Assembly: GCA_029762535.1 (NCBI GenBank)
Contig: JARVGK010000009.1
Span: 1-64,000 of the forward strand
Reading direction: 5' to 3'
Length of the DNA: 64,000 nucleotides
Origin: Thermoplasmatota archaeon
GTDB lineage: Archaea; Thermoplasmatota; Penumbrarchaeia; Penumbrarchaeales; Penumbrarchaeaceae
Position 1 is the stretch's first letter. Every line of letters starts with the position of its first letter. Under the pieces are notes generated by a model. That model saw only the letters and a program-made list of their open reading frames with translations, was not told the origin of the DNA and made no database searches. A program made the translations under genes and the position numbers. Below are positions 13,655 to 23,680 of the stretch, in pieces.

Positions 13655-14508
13655 TGATGCAGTCCCGGAACATCTACGACACGCATGTATGCAGGGTATT
13701 GAGGGTATATCCTCTGACCGATACGGAAAAGCTTTTCCTCTTTAGGTTCGAGGATCCCTCGATAGGAATGAACTGGCGTTTCAAACCCGGCACCTTCGTC
13801 GAGCTATCACAACCCGGGGTCGGTGAGGTCCCCATATCGATATGCTCCTCATCGATGAGGATAGGCTTCTTCGAGCTGTGCATAAGAAACGCTGGCAGGG
13901 TCACACAGAAGATACACTCCCTCAAGCCCGGAGATACCGTTGGTATACGAGGGCCATACGGGAACGGGTTCCCCATGGAGAAGTTCGAGGGCAGGGACCT
14001 GCTGCTCGTGGCGGCCGGCCTTGGCATGGCCCCGCTTCGTTCAGTATTCCTCTACGCCCTTGACAACCGGTGGCAGTTCGGCAATATCACAATAATCAAC
14101 GCCGCCAAGACCGGCCCTGAGCTTCTGTTCATGCACGAGCTCGATGCGATGCGGGACATCGCCGAGGCCGAGAACATCACCATTCTTCAAACCACCACTA
14201 GGGACGAGAGATGGGGTGGGCTCAAAGGAAGGGCCGCAACACATCTGGACAAGGTGAACGTCGATCCGAACAATACAGCCGTCGCCCTCTGTGGGCCGCC
14301 GCACATGTACAAGTCGATGTTCGAGGAGCTAATGAGAAGGGGGTTCGACCCCAGGCGAATATTCGTGACGGTCGAGAGACGGATGAAGTGCGGGGTCGGT
14401 AAATGCGGCCACTGCAATATCGGCACGGCGGCCAACTGGATGTACGTGTGCAAGGATGGCCCGGTATTCGATTACTACGACATGATATCCACTCCGGGGT
14501 TGATATGA
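13651..14508 (+). CDS. hydG: sulfhydrogenase gamma subunit (FAD/NAD(P)-binding)
   Basis: GEVPISICSS, RGPYGNGF, AGLGMAPLR, ERRMKCGVGKCGHC...VCKDGPVF. Confidence 0.9.
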   Translation: MMMQSRNIYDTHVCRVLRVYPLTDTEKLFLFRFEDPSIGMNWRFKPGTFVELSQPGVGEVPISICSSSMRIGFFELCIRNAGRVTQKIHSLKPGDTVGIRGPYGNGFPMEKFEGRDLLLVAAGLGMAPLRSVFLYALDNRWQFGNITIINAAKTGPELLFMHELDAMRDIAEAENITILQTTTRDERWGGLKGRAATHLDKVNVDPNNTAVALCGPPHMYKSMFEELMRRGFDPRRIFVTVERRMKCGVGKCGHCNIGTAANWMYVCKDGPVFDYYDMISTPGLI

Positions 14509-15321
14509 ATGGTCGAAACATGCAGCGTCTGTGAAACCAGGAAGCCTGTGGTGGGCGTATATGCCCTGACGTCGTGTTACGGCTGCCAGCTCATGATAGC
14601 AACGGTCGAGAAGATACTTCAGATATCCGAAGCCGTCACTTTCAAGAGCTTCCATATGCTGACCTCCGCAAGCTCTCATGGAAAGGTCGACATCGCCTTC
14701 GTCGAGGGATCCGTTTCCACGGAGAAGGACCTGATCGAGCTCAAGCAGATAAGGGAGGACGCTACCGTTCTCGTTGCCATCGGCGCGTGTTCAATACACG
14801 GGGGCGTTCAGAGCTGGGATCAGGGACTAAGGGATTATCCTGAGATGTACGAGAAGGTCTACGGCAATGGGGAGATCGCTTACGAGGGCCTTGCGGCGAA
14901 ACCCATCGACCACTATGTGAAAGTGGACCATTACCTCCCGGGATGCCCTCCGGACGAACGGGAGATCGTCTACTTCCTCTCGACCTTCCTCTTCGGAACC
15001 TACCCGGAACGGAAGGAGCGACCCGTATGCCATGAATGCCGCCTGGCCGGGAATCCCTGCATACTAATCGAGAAGGGGGAGATGTGTCTGGGTTCCGTCA
15101 CCACATCCGGCTGCAACGCGCTCTGCATTGGCTTCGGGATCCCCTGCATAGGATGCCGGGGGCCGACCCCTTACGATACCGCGTCGTTCGATGCCCTTGC
15201 GAAGGAGTTCAAGCGCCTTGGCAAGACCCGCGAGGAGGTCCTTGACCGCCTTTCCATCTTCGGATCCCACGATCGCAGGATGCGACAGATGGTCGAGAAG
15301 GCTTACGGAGGTGAGAAATAA
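14509..15321 (+). CDS. hydD: sulfhydrogenase delta (small) subunit
   Basis: TSCYGC, VEGSVS, IGACSIHGG, LPGCPP, VCHEC..C, CIGCRG. Confidence 0.9.
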   Translation: MVETCSVCETRKPVVGVYALTSCYGCQLMIATVEKILQISEAVTFKSFHMLTSASSHGKVDIAFVEGSVSTEKDLIELKQIREDATVLVAIGACSIHGGVQSWDQGLRDYPEMYEKVYGNGEIAYEGLAAKPIDHYVKVDHYLPGCPPDEREIVYFLSTFLFGTYPERKERPVCHECRLAGNPCILIEKGEMCLGSVTTSGCNALCIGFGIPCIGCRGPTPYDTASFDALAKEFKRLGKTREEVLDRLSIFGSHDRRMRQMVEKAYGGEK

Positions 15322-16661
15322 TGAAACAGGTGAAGATCAGCAGACCGATACTGGTTGATCATGTTGCAAGGATAGAGGGCAAGGCCGGGATAGAGGTCAT
15401 GGTCTCGAACAAACAAGTGTCCTCCGTCCAGATGAACATATTCGAGGGACCGAGGTTCTTCGAGGCCATAACCGTCGGAAAGAAGGTCGAGGATGCGGTG
15501 GCGGTATTCCCTAGGATATGCTCTTTCTGCGCCGCCGCTCACAAGATCACAGCCGTCGAGGCGGCCGAAGCAGCGCTGGGAGTCGAGCCCTCCGATCAGA
15601 CCAAAAGGCTCAGGGAGCTCCTTTACATCGGCGATTATATAGAGAGCCACGCGCTGCATCTATTCTTCCTGGCCTTCCCCGATCTTCTCGGCTATCACGA
15701 TGCCCTTTCCATGGCAGGCGATTACAGCGATACGGTGAAGGCCGGGATCGCACTCAAGGACGTGGGAGCGAGGATACAGAGCGTTATAGGGGCGAGATAC
15801 ATCCATCAGGAGAACCTCCTCATCGGAGGGTTCGGAAAGATCCCCGGCAAAGCACAGATGGGTGCGTTGAAAGATGAGCTCGCGAGCCTCAAGAGCGCAT
15901 CCGAGCTCGCGTCCGATATTCTCATCAACTTCTCCAACTGGAAGGAGCTCGATTCACCTAGACTTCATCTCGCGATCGCTCCGGACGATGGAAGGTACAC
16001 CATGTACGGCAGCCATATCCATGCATCATCGGACACCTCCTTCCCCATGAAGGATTACAGGAAGCACATCCTGGAACATGTCGTCGAGCACTCGTTCGCC
16101 AAGCACTGCAGGTACGATCCCGGCGGATCCAAAAAGAAGAACGAACCTTCGATATTCACTACAGGGGCGCTGTCCAGATATACCTTGAACAAGAGATCGC
16201 TTACGAACAGGGCAAAGGAGAGATCGATTATGAACAAGGACCATCTCGACCCGTCCAATCCTCTCTCAAACAATTTCGCCCAGGCGGTAGAGCTCATCCA
16301 CTACATCGATCTGGCCCACAATCTTGCTTCCGAGCTGGCAGAAACGATCGATGAGAATGAGAGGCCCGTTAAATACGATCCCCAAAAGGGGGGCATCGGT
16401 GCCGTGGCCACGGAGGCCCCGAGAGGCCTCCTGACCTACCTTCTCGATATCGACGGTACGGGACGGATCAAGAACGCAGACGTCATCACTCCGACAGCGA
16501 TGTTCCTTCCGATGATGGAGAAGGACGTCGGCAGGATGGCGCAGTCCCTAGTCGACGGCGGGATCTCCGATCCGAGCATAATCGCCCCGAAGCTAGAGAC
16601 CGTCGTCAGGTCCTACGATCCATGCGTCTCATGCTCGGTGCATGTTACCACGGTGAAGTGA
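15321..16661 (+). CDS. hydA: sulfhydrogenase alpha (large, NiFe) subunit
   Basis: ARIEG, L1 RICSFC, EAPRG, L2 DPCVSCSVH plus a 4-aa cleavable tail. Confidence 0.93.
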   Translation: MKQVKISRPILVDHVARIEGKAGIEVMVSNKQVSSVQMNIFEGPRFFEAITVGKKVEDAVAVFPRICSFCAAAHKITAVEAAEAALGVEPSDQTKRLRELLYIGDYIESHALHLFFLAFPDLLGYHDALSMAGDYSDTVKAGIALKDVGARIQSVIGARYIHQENLLIGGFGKIPGKAQMGALKDELASLKSASELASDILINFSNWKELDSPRLHLAIAPDDGRYTMYGSHIHASSDTSFPMKDYRKHILEHVVEHSFAKHCRYDPGGSKKKNEPSIFTTGALSRYTLNKRSLTNRAKERSIMNKDHLDPSNPLSNNFAQAVELIHYIDLAHNLASELAETIDENERPVKYDPQKGGIGAVATEAPRGLLTYLLDIDGTGRIKNADVITPTAMFLPMMEKDVGRMAQSLVDGGISDPSIIAPKLETVVRSYDPCVSCSVHVTTVK

Positions 16662-17131
16662 TGAGGCCCCTGATAGTCTCGATCGGCAACCCGTTCATGA
16701 GGGACGATGGGATCGGGCAGGCGATACTCATCGAACTCAAGGACCGGGGGGTCGATGCTGACCTGATCGATCTGGGGACGGACATGCTTCGGCTCTCACT
16801 CTACGGCGAGGGCTATTGTGACATCGTCGTACTCGATTCCTTAAGGGGGGCTGGATTGGCAGGAGAGGTCCTATCGTTCTCCGGAGAGGGGATCGTACGC
16901 TCCCTGGATTCCAGGATGAGGTCCGCCCATCGAATGGGCTCGATCGAGGCACTCGAGGTCCTGAGATCGTTTAAACAGTCCTTAAAGGGCGCCAGATTCC
17001 ATTTCGTCGGTATAGTTGCCGACGACATATCCATAGGTGAGGGCCTGACCGAGGATGTTAAGAGGGCGGTACCTGTCGCTGCGGACATCGTATGTGGTCT
17101 CTTATTCGACATCAGCGACGCGCAAGGGTGA
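16661..17131 (+). CDS. hydrogenase maturation protease
   Basis: IGNPFMRDDGIG, D.GTD, SAHRMG; start overlaps the alpha-subunit stop (TGATG). Confidence 0.9.
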   Translation: MRPLIVSIGNPFMRDDGIGQAILIELKDRGVDADLIDLGTDMLRLSLYGEGYCDIVVLDSLRGAGLAGEVLSFSGEGIVRSLDSRMRSAHRMGSIEALEVLRSFKQSLKGARFHFVGIVADDISIGEGLTEDVKRAVPVAADIVCGLLFDISDAQG

Positions 17132-17158
17132 AGTATTTTTACTTAATGCGCCTGAACG

Positions 17159-18856
17159 ATGTCCATGTTGGATCGTATAAGGGTGTTCGCGCTGCAGAAC
17201 GCTATCGAGCACGGAGGAAGGGCCAGCATAGGAAGCGTGATGGGGAGGGCCATGAGCACGTTCCCGGAACTGAAAGGCGATCCCAAAGGCACCTCTGAGA
17301 TTGTCAAATCCATCGTTCAGGAAGTGAACGAGATGGATCCCGCCCGGCAGGAGATGGAGATCGAGTGTTTGGGCGGACCCGAGAGAAGAGAATCTCGTCC
17401 CAGGAACACCGAACTGCACGAACTCCCCGGCGTGGGGCCTTCAGGGGTTAGGATGAGGTTCGCCCCTGGACCTTCAGGCCCCCTTCACATAGGGCATTCC
17501 AGGGCCTCGATACTCAACGATGAATACGTAAAGAGATATGGCGGGTCCTTCATACTCAGATACGAGGACACCAATCCCGAAAAGATAGAACCTGAGGCCT
17601 ACCGAATGATCCGGGAGGACCTGCAATGGCTCGACGTGAATGTCCATGAGACCTACATCCAATCGGATCGATTCGAGAGCTACTACGCCGTAGCCCGTGA
17701 GCTCCTGAAGAAGGGACGTGCCTACATATGCCTCTGCGAGGTGGAGGATTGGAGGGGCCTGAAACTGAAGGAGGCCCCGTGTCCCCACCGGGACCTTTCT
17801 CCCGATGAGCAGCTTGAGAGATGGGACCGGATGCTTGGCGGTGAATTCATTGAAGGGGGGGCATCTTTGGTGGTAAAGACCGACCTGTCCCACCGTAATC
17901 CTGCGGTCCGCGATTTCATCGCCATGAGATTGCTGGATGCCCTTCACCCGCTAAAGGGTGACAGATACCGAGTATATCCTCTTTATAATTTCTCGGTCGC
18001 CGTGGACGATCACATGATGGGATGCACTCATGTGCTGAGGGGAAAGGACCATCTCAACAACACTTTGAGGCAGGAATACGTGTTCCACCACATGGGGTGG
18101 TCCCCTCCGCACTTCCACCACTACGGCCTGGTTTCGATACCCGATACGAACCTCAAGAAATCCATGATCAAGGAGGACCTTAAGGCCGGCCGAGTGAGGG
18201 GTTGGGACGATGTCAGACTTGGGACCCTTCGGGCGATGGAGGCCAGGGGCATTCAGCCAGAAGCTCTCAGGAGATATTGGCTGGATGTGGGCACAAAGCC
18301 CGTTGACATAGAGTTCTCATGGGACAATCTATCATCATACAACCGGACCCTGATAGATCCGATCGCTAACAGGTTCTTCTTCGTCGCCGATCCCGTCGTG
18401 CTGACGGTTAGGTCCGACGCGGGGATTGTCTCCAGGGCACCGCTGCATCCGGACCATCCGGAGAGGGGCTACAGGGAGATGCGTTTCGAACCGGATGGAG
18501 GTAGCTTTCGCATGCTGGTGCCATCCGAGGAAGCATCGTCCCTACAGGTCGGTTCGTTGCTCAGGCTTAAGGACCTCTGTAACATAAAGATCACATCAGA
18601 GGATCCTCTCACAGCGGATCTCTTCCCCGGGGACCATACTATACTGCGAGGAGGGGCAGGGAGGATCATACAATGGTGTCCTGAGGACGGGGTCCCGTGT
18701 ACTCTCAGGTATCCGGATAGGGAGGAAAGGAACGGGATCGCCGAGAGGGCGATAGCCCCCCTTGCTGCTGAAAGATCGATCATCCAGTTCGAGAGGATTG
18801 GGTTCTTCAGGCTGTACATAGAGGATGGGGTGATGGGGAATTTCGCCCACAGGTGA
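17159..18856 (+). CDS. gltX: glutamyl-tRNA synthetase (archaeal type)
   Basis: MRFAPGPSGPLHIGH, LRYEDTNP, THVLRGKDH, IQFERIGF. Confidence 0.96.
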   Translation: MSMLDRIRVFALQNAIEHGGRASIGSVMGRAMSTFPELKGDPKGTSEIVKSIVQEVNEMDPARQEMEIECLGGPERRESRPRNTELHELPGVGPSGVRMRFAPGPSGPLHIGHSRASILNDEYVKRYGGSFILRYEDTNPEKIEPEAYRMIREDLQWLDVNVHETYIQSDRFESYYAVARELLKKGRAYICLCEVEDWRGLKLKEAPCPHRDLSPDEQLERWDRMLGGEFIEGGASLVVKTDLSHRNPAVRDFIAMRLLDALHPLKGDRYRVYPLYNFSVAVDDHMMGCTHVLRGKDHLNNTLRQEYVFHHMGWSPPHFHHYGLVSIPDTNLKKSMIKEDLKAGRVRGWDDVRLGTLRAMEARGIQPEALRRYWLDVGTKPVDIEFSWDNLSSYNRTLIDPIANRFFFVADPVVLTVRSDAGIVSRAPLHPDHPERGYREMRFEPDGGSFRMLVPSEEASSLQVGSLLRLKDLCNIKITSEDPLTADLFPGDHTILRGGAGRIIQWCPEDGVPCTLRYPDREERNGIAERAIAPLAAERSIIQFERIGFFRLYIEDGVMGNFAHR

Positions 18857-18918
18857 GGGGGATGACCGGGGGATTTCCCGGGTAGCTTTCTATAGTTACA
18901 AGATTGGAAATAGAGCCC

Positions 18919-19053
18919 ATGGAGCGAAACATCTTCCAGAGAAAGCATGATGTTGAGATCGATCTCTCCATGATCGAGAGCGCCAGATTGAGGTCCCTTG
19001 CCAGAAGAGGCCTGATAGAAGAGCAGAGTGAGAAGACCTCGACCGACATATGA
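18919..19053 (+). CDS. possible 44-aa small protein
   Basis: ATG...TGA ORF (MERNIFQRKHDVEIDLSMIESARLRSLARRGLIEEQSEKTSTDI) filling the gltX-IMPase gap; no motif. Confidence 0.25.
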   Translation: MERNIFQRKHDVEIDLSMIESARLRSLARRGLIEEQSEKTSTDI

Positions 19054-19077
19054 ACTGAGAGAAAAGTATATATCTCG

Positions 19078-19920
19078 GTGAAATCTAGCAAACCCGTGAA
19101 CGATCTGGATATCATAAAGGAGATCGCAGAACGCATCAGGGATGCGGTAATGGACAGATATCCCGACGGGGGCGGAGGCGCGGTGGTAAGCACCGCACCC
19201 GATGGCAGCATGACTCGGGAGATCGATCTCGCGGCCGAGAGATGCGCGATCGATCATATCGAGGAGAACGATCTGCCCTGGAACCTCCTCTCCGAAGAGG
19301 ACGGATCATTCGACGGCAGGGGCGAAAGGACCCTCATCCTAGATCCCATCGACGGGACATACAATGCGATACACGGCATTCCTCTCTTCTCCACTTCATT
19401 GGCCCTTTGCGAGGGGCCCTTGCATAATATCACATCCTCCCTTGTGATGAACATCCCAGTGGGTATGTCCTTCACCGCGGTAAAAGGGGAAGGGGCGAAC
19501 TACAACGACAAGGCCATATCTACCCGGAACCTTGACGAGGCCATGGCCGTCTTCAACTCCTTCCTGGGTCCGGCCTCTCTGGAAGAGAACAGGCTCTTGT
19601 TCTCCTGGCCATACAGGGGGAGATATTTCGGCTCCATATCCCTCGAGGTATGCTATGTGGCCAAAGGGGCGATAGATCTCTTCGCCCTTTTCTGGAGGAT
19701 CCCTCGCATCACGGACATCGCCGGGGCTTATCTTATACTCAAGGAAGCAGGAGGCCATATAATGATAGGGGACCATCGCAGCACATGGAGCGATTACATG
19801 CCCTCATTGGACCACCCTGGGTCCAGGGACCTCATCGTAATGGGAGACGCCTCAAGCAAGGAGCGGATACTTCAAATTATTTCACAGATGAATCCATGCG
19901 CCGGGGGTTTGAGAAGATGA
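19078..19920 (+). CDS. inositol monophosphatase / FBPase (class IV) family protein
   Basis: LLSEE, ILDPIDGTYN, GSISLE, DIAGAYLILKEAGG. Confidence 0.9.
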   Translation: MKSSKPVNDLDIIKEIAERIRDAVMDRYPDGGGGAVVSTAPDGSMTREIDLAAERCAIDHIEENDLPWNLLSEEDGSFDGRGERTLILDPIDGTYNAIHGIPLFSTSLALCEGPLHNITSSLVMNIPVGMSFTAVKGEGANYNDKAISTRNLDEAMAVFNSFLGPASLEENRLLFSWPYRGRYFGSISLEVCYVAKGAIDLFALFWRIPRITDIAGAYLILKEAGGHIMIGDHRSTWSDYMPSLDHPGSRDLIVMGDASSKERILQIISQMNPCAGGLRR

Positions 19921-20780
19921 GGTGGGGCCTGGTATTTCATCCTGCTAAGAAAAAGGCGCATTCCCTCGCGCTATATCTCGTGGACCATATCGCGGGTCTC
20001 CATAGGGATGGTGTGGATATAGAGGTCGTGATGGAATCATGTAACAGGGACAGGATGAGGGGAGCGAACGTGGAATTTTGCGATCCGCAGGACATGAGAA
20101 TGGACCTCGTCATCTCCATCGGGGGGGACGGGACGGTTCTCAGGACACTGAGGGATTTCGATGCGCCGGTCCTGGGCATCAACGTCGGGTCCTTCGGTTT
20201 TTTGATCGAGGTCCAACCGGAGAACGCGAAGAAGGCCATCGATAACGTCTTGAAGGGAAACTATACGATAAGGGAAAGGTCCAAGCTAAGCACTCTTGTG
20301 GATTCTGAACCCCTTCCAGATGCCGCGAACGAGGTTGTTATGGTCTCCAAGACCCCAGCGAAGATGGTCAGCTACGAGATGTATATTAACATGAAATATA
20401 TGGAAAGGATAAGGGGCGATGGATTGATAATAGCGACGCCCATGGGATCCACATGCTACGCGATGTCTGCGGGCGGGGCGATCCTGGACCCGGAGGTCCA
20501 GGCTATGGAGATCGTTCCTCTATCACCGTTCCTTAAGAACATAAGGCCTATTGTTATCCCCGACAACTACATCGTCACTTTTAAGGTCCTCGACAGGAAA
20601 AGGGCTGTCGCCCTTGCGGTGGATGGCAATCATGTCAGGTCCATCAAAGGGGACCATGACATATTGATCAAGCGCTCAAAAAAGAATTCGAAGTTCGTGC
20701 GTTTCGATCAGGATTTCTACAGCCAGTTGAAAAGGTTAATCGATTCGTCCGACACATTGGATAGGATAAAGTGTAAGTAA
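19917..20780 (+). CDS. nadK: NAD(+) kinase
   Basis: GGDGTVL, GINVGSFGFL, NE, GDGLIIATPMGSTCYAMSAGG; start by ATGA coupling at 19917. Confidence 0.93.
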   Translation: MRWGLVFHPAKKKAHSLALYLVDHIAGLHRDGVDIEVVMESCNRDRMRGANVEFCDPQDMRMDLVISIGGDGTVLRTLRDFDAPVLGINVGSFGFLIEVQPENAKKAIDNVLKGNYTIRERSKLSTLVDSEPLPDAANEVVMVSKTPAKMVSYEMYINMKYMERIRGDGLIIATPMGSTCYAMSAGGAILDPEVQAMEIVPLSPFLKNIRPIVIPDNYIVTFKVLDRKRAVALAVDGNHVRSIKGDHDILIKRSKKNSKFVRFDQDFYSQLKRLIDSSDTLDRIKCK

Positions 20781-20788
20781 GGGTATTT

Positions 20789-20811
20789 CATTACAACTAA
20801 TGGTTGTAATG
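20789..20811. promoter_or_regulatory. palindromic operator upstream of the ArsR-type regulator
   Basis: CATTACAAC-N5-GTTGTAATG perfect 9-bp arms ending 2 bp before the ATG. Confidence 0.6.
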
Positions 20812-20812
20812 T

Positions 20813-21592
20813 ATGCCCGATCGTAATGACGAAATGGACCTGGACCAGATACTTGCGGTCCTTGCCAATCCGATCAGAAGAATGATACTCAAGAAGCTCT
20901 CGACCGAGACGAACTATCCGCTGCAGCTATCGAGAGAGCTGAACGTAAGTCAGCAGGCGCTCATGAAGCATATGAGAGTACTCGAGGAGACGGGTTTCAT
21001 AAGGTCCGTAGAGGAAAGGTCGAATAAAGGAGGGCCTCCAAGGAACCTGTACGTGGTTAGGAAGCGAATGAGCGTCCGTATCGACCTGGGCCCGAACACC
21101 TTCGAAGAGAAACTCTTCTCGTTCGATGCATATGGTGAGGGGATGGACGACGCTCCATTTTACATACAGTCGAATAGATTATCGTTCGGTGGAAACGTCA
21201 CAGGAGAGATACTTCCTGAGGTCGATGGTGTTCTCCCGGCATATACGGATCCCTTTCTCGAATCTATGAGGAGAACGATCGATGGACTTATGAAGGATGA
21301 TGTCAAGGAAAGGAGATTATATTCGCTCAGACGGCATATCTCCTTGATCAACAAGGAGCTCTCAAAACTAGAGGAAAGAAGGAGAAAGATACTTGAATTG
21401 AGGGAGAGGGCATTCGAAATGGCGAATAGTATCATAGTAGAGTCTGCGAGAGACCCTCTTGAAAGGGATGTTTATTCATTGTTGATAAAGAATGATATCG
21501 ATGATCTCGAGTTCTTATCGGATATGCTTCAAACGAGAAGTAAAGTGATAGCCGAGATCCTAAAGGACCTCAAAAGAAAAGGGATCATTTGA
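20813..21592 (+). CDS. ArsR-family (Phr/HSR1-like) wHTH regulator with coiled coil
   Basis: LANPIRRMILKKL..YPLQLSRELNVSQQALMKHMRVLE..GPPRNLY, followed by a coiled coil. Confidence 0.85.
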   Translation: MPDRNDEMDLDQILAVLANPIRRMILKKLSTETNYPLQLSRELNVSQQALMKHMRVLEETGFIRSVEERSNKGGPPRNLYVVRKRMSVRIDLGPNTFEEKLFSFDAYGEGMDDAPFYIQSNRLSFGGNVTGEILPEVDGVLPAYTDPFLESMRRTIDGLMKDDVKERRLYSLRRHISLINKELSKLEERRRKILELRERAFEMANSIIVESARDPLERDVYSLLIKNDIDDLEFLSDMLQTRSKVIAEILKDLKRKGII

Positions 21593-21670
21593 TCGTTGAC
21601 CCAGTTCGATGGGCCTTTACTGGAAATTGACCCGGATGTTACTTTCATTGAAAAAGAACCTTTTTTTAGA

Positions 21671-22032
21671 GAGACCCCCGTATTTCCATTGGAGAGAGAT
21701 CCAATGATCAAAAGTTATGAAGGATCGATACGTTCATGGATCCACGTTCATTCTTTGTATCGATCAATGGATACCTTTACTTCTATCAACACGATATATA
21801 TCGATAATTGATTTAACGATATACTCTCTTATTATTATATAATATAAACTTTTATATATTTATATATACTAATATTTTTGTCATATAAATATATATCGTT
21901 ATCTTTTAATATAAGTTTTAGTTATTATTGTAATAATGATCCGATCGATATTATTCAGTTTTGATGAAAGGATCGTCCTTCTCTACCGAAGGGCCATCAT
22001 TTCACTTCTTACAGTGGAAAAATAGGGGTCTC
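21671..22032. other. candidate replication origin (oriC): inverted ORB pair flanking an AT-rich unwinding element
   Basis: 21671-21693 (-) TCCAATGGAAATACGGGGGTCTC and 22010-22032 (+) TACAGTGGAAAAATAGGGGTCTC, 18/23 identical and matching the ORB pattern TCCAxTGGAAA..GGGG; near-pure A/T tract at about 21810-21940. Confidence 0.75.
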
Positions 22033-22052
22033 CCTATTATTGCTTCTTTTAT

Positions 22053-23171
22053 TCATCTTTGGACCATACGCTCATATATCCTCATTATCTCTTGATTCAC
22101 ATTGAACCAAGTTCTTTCGTTAACGTATGATTGTCCATTTTCGATCATATGGTGCCTATCATTTTCGTTCTCTATAAGAGTGACAAGAGCGTCATGAAAA
22201 GATTGGATGTTCCCACCTTCGCAAACGATACCACAACCAGATCCTTCCACGATCTCTCTACAACCTCCCACATCGGATACGATCGCGGGTAAGCCTGAGG
22301 CTATGGCCTCCTGCACCACGTTACCGAACGTTTCGGTCCTGGATGGGAACAAGAACACATCCGCGCTGGCATATGCCGCATACAGATCCTCGCCGTTGAG
22401 ATATCCTGGAAAGATAGCCTTGGACATTTCTCTTTTTAGAACATCTTCTTCAGGACCGTGACCGACCATTACGAAGATCGTCCTTTCCTTGAACCTTCCT
22501 TCCATTATCCTTTGATAGACCTTGATAACGACGTCTATGTCCTTGTAATAAACGAACCTTCCAGTGAACAGAACGACGACTTTGCCCTCCGCTTTCCATC
22601 GCTTCCTCAGGTCGGATCTCCTTTTCGACGGATTGAAACAGTAAGTATCAATACCACGTGACCATACCTTGACGTTGTTGATCCCGTGTTCCTCCAATGT
22701 TCTCATTATCCTCTTCGTGGGGCATAGGACCACACAGCATTTTCGATAGAAATAGCGAAGGAACCACCAGAGCATACCACTAAATAATGAAATGTGGTAA
22801 TATTTCAGATAGGAGGGAAAATCCGTGTGATAAGCGCTCACCAAGGGAACTCCCCTCTTATTGGCATGGATTCCGATCAACAGTCCGATAAGGTCCGGGG
22901 TCGAGGTATGGATCACATCGGGATCGAACTCGTCCATTTCCTTCAGGAAACCGTGTCTGGGCAGGGCGAACCTGTATGATGGATACAAGGGAACTGGCAG
23001 CGAAGGGAAATGATGGAACGTCACTCCCTCCAATGTGTCCTCCGAGACCTCTGGCGTCCATAGGTGTACTTCATGCCCCTGAGAAAGGAGGTGTTCTACC
23101 AGTTGATAGGCGGTCCTTGCCACCCCGTCCTTGTTCTTGTAGAAGGTCCCGTAATACAGAGCGATCCTCAT
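22053..23171 (-). CDS. GT4 family glycosyltransferase
   Basis: DGVA, YHTDFPSY, WSRGID, FPSRTETFGNVVQEAIASGLP. Confidence 0.92.
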   Translation of the reverse strand: MRIALYYGTFYKNKDGVARTAYQLVEHLLSQGHEVHLWTPEVSEDTLEGVTFHHFPSLPVPLYPSYRFALPRHGFLKEMDEFDPDVIHTSTPDLIGLLIGIHANKRGVPLVSAYHTDFPSYLKYYHISLFSGMLWWFLRYFYRKCCVVLCPTKRIMRTLEEHGINNVKVWSRGIDTYCFNPSKRRSDLRKRWKAEGKVVVLFTGRFVYYKDIDVVIKVYQRIMEGRFKERTIFVMVGHGPEEDVLKREMSKAIFPGYLNGEDLYAAYASADVFLFPSRTETFGNVVQEAIASGLPAIVSDVGGCREIVEGSGCGIVCEGGNIQSFHDALVTLIENENDRHHMIENGQSYVNERTWFNVNQEIMRIYERMVQR

Positions 23172-23302
23172 TTGAATATCGTCCCTTGATCAGGGGATGA
23201 GGCTAAAGGCCTAATAAACCCTTTCCACAAGCAAGAATACCAGGATCCCGATCTGTTGGGGGGGGATCACCCCTGAACCCGGGATGATGAGTAGATGTTG
23301 AG

Positions 23303-23680
23303 TGGGTTCAAATCCCTTTCGTCAATTAAGGCTACAACAAAGAGGGATTGGTGCGGATGCCGGGACCTTTGGATCGTCCTCTCATTGACGCTAATTCAGA
23401 TCCAAAGGGCCAGGAAAATGCCTATCAGGCATTTTTCGTATCAAATCATATTCAAGCGCTCTTTTTCGTAACGTTATGGATCGACGAAAGGAAAAGAGTG
23501 TGAATGCCGGGATTTGACTGCGGAAAATCAGAGATTTTCCTCGTCCCGGATGCCACATATCGTCAAATCCACTAGCGTGACATCCGGGAACCCCGGGATG
23601 CTGATAAGATGATTATCTGGGTTCAAATCCCTTTCGTCAATTAAGGCTACAACAAAGAGGGATTGGTGCGGATGCCGGGA
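23303..23680. repeat. 63-bp exact direct repeat (23303-23365 / 23618-23680) including the 3' 17 nt of tRNA-Gly, enclosing hairpin-rich DNA
   Basis: TGGGTTCAAATCCCTTTCG...TGGTGCGGATGCCGGGA occurs twice, 315 bp apart. Confidence 0.9.

Noticed and set aside
18862-19053. TAG read-through (pyrrolysine) extending a small ORF
   Set aside because: There are no pyl genes or methyltransferase context, and no homology support
21596-21811. 71-aa ORF after the ArsR-type gene
   Set aside because: It overlaps the ORB/AT-rich origin candidate, has a TTG start and no motif; probably spurious
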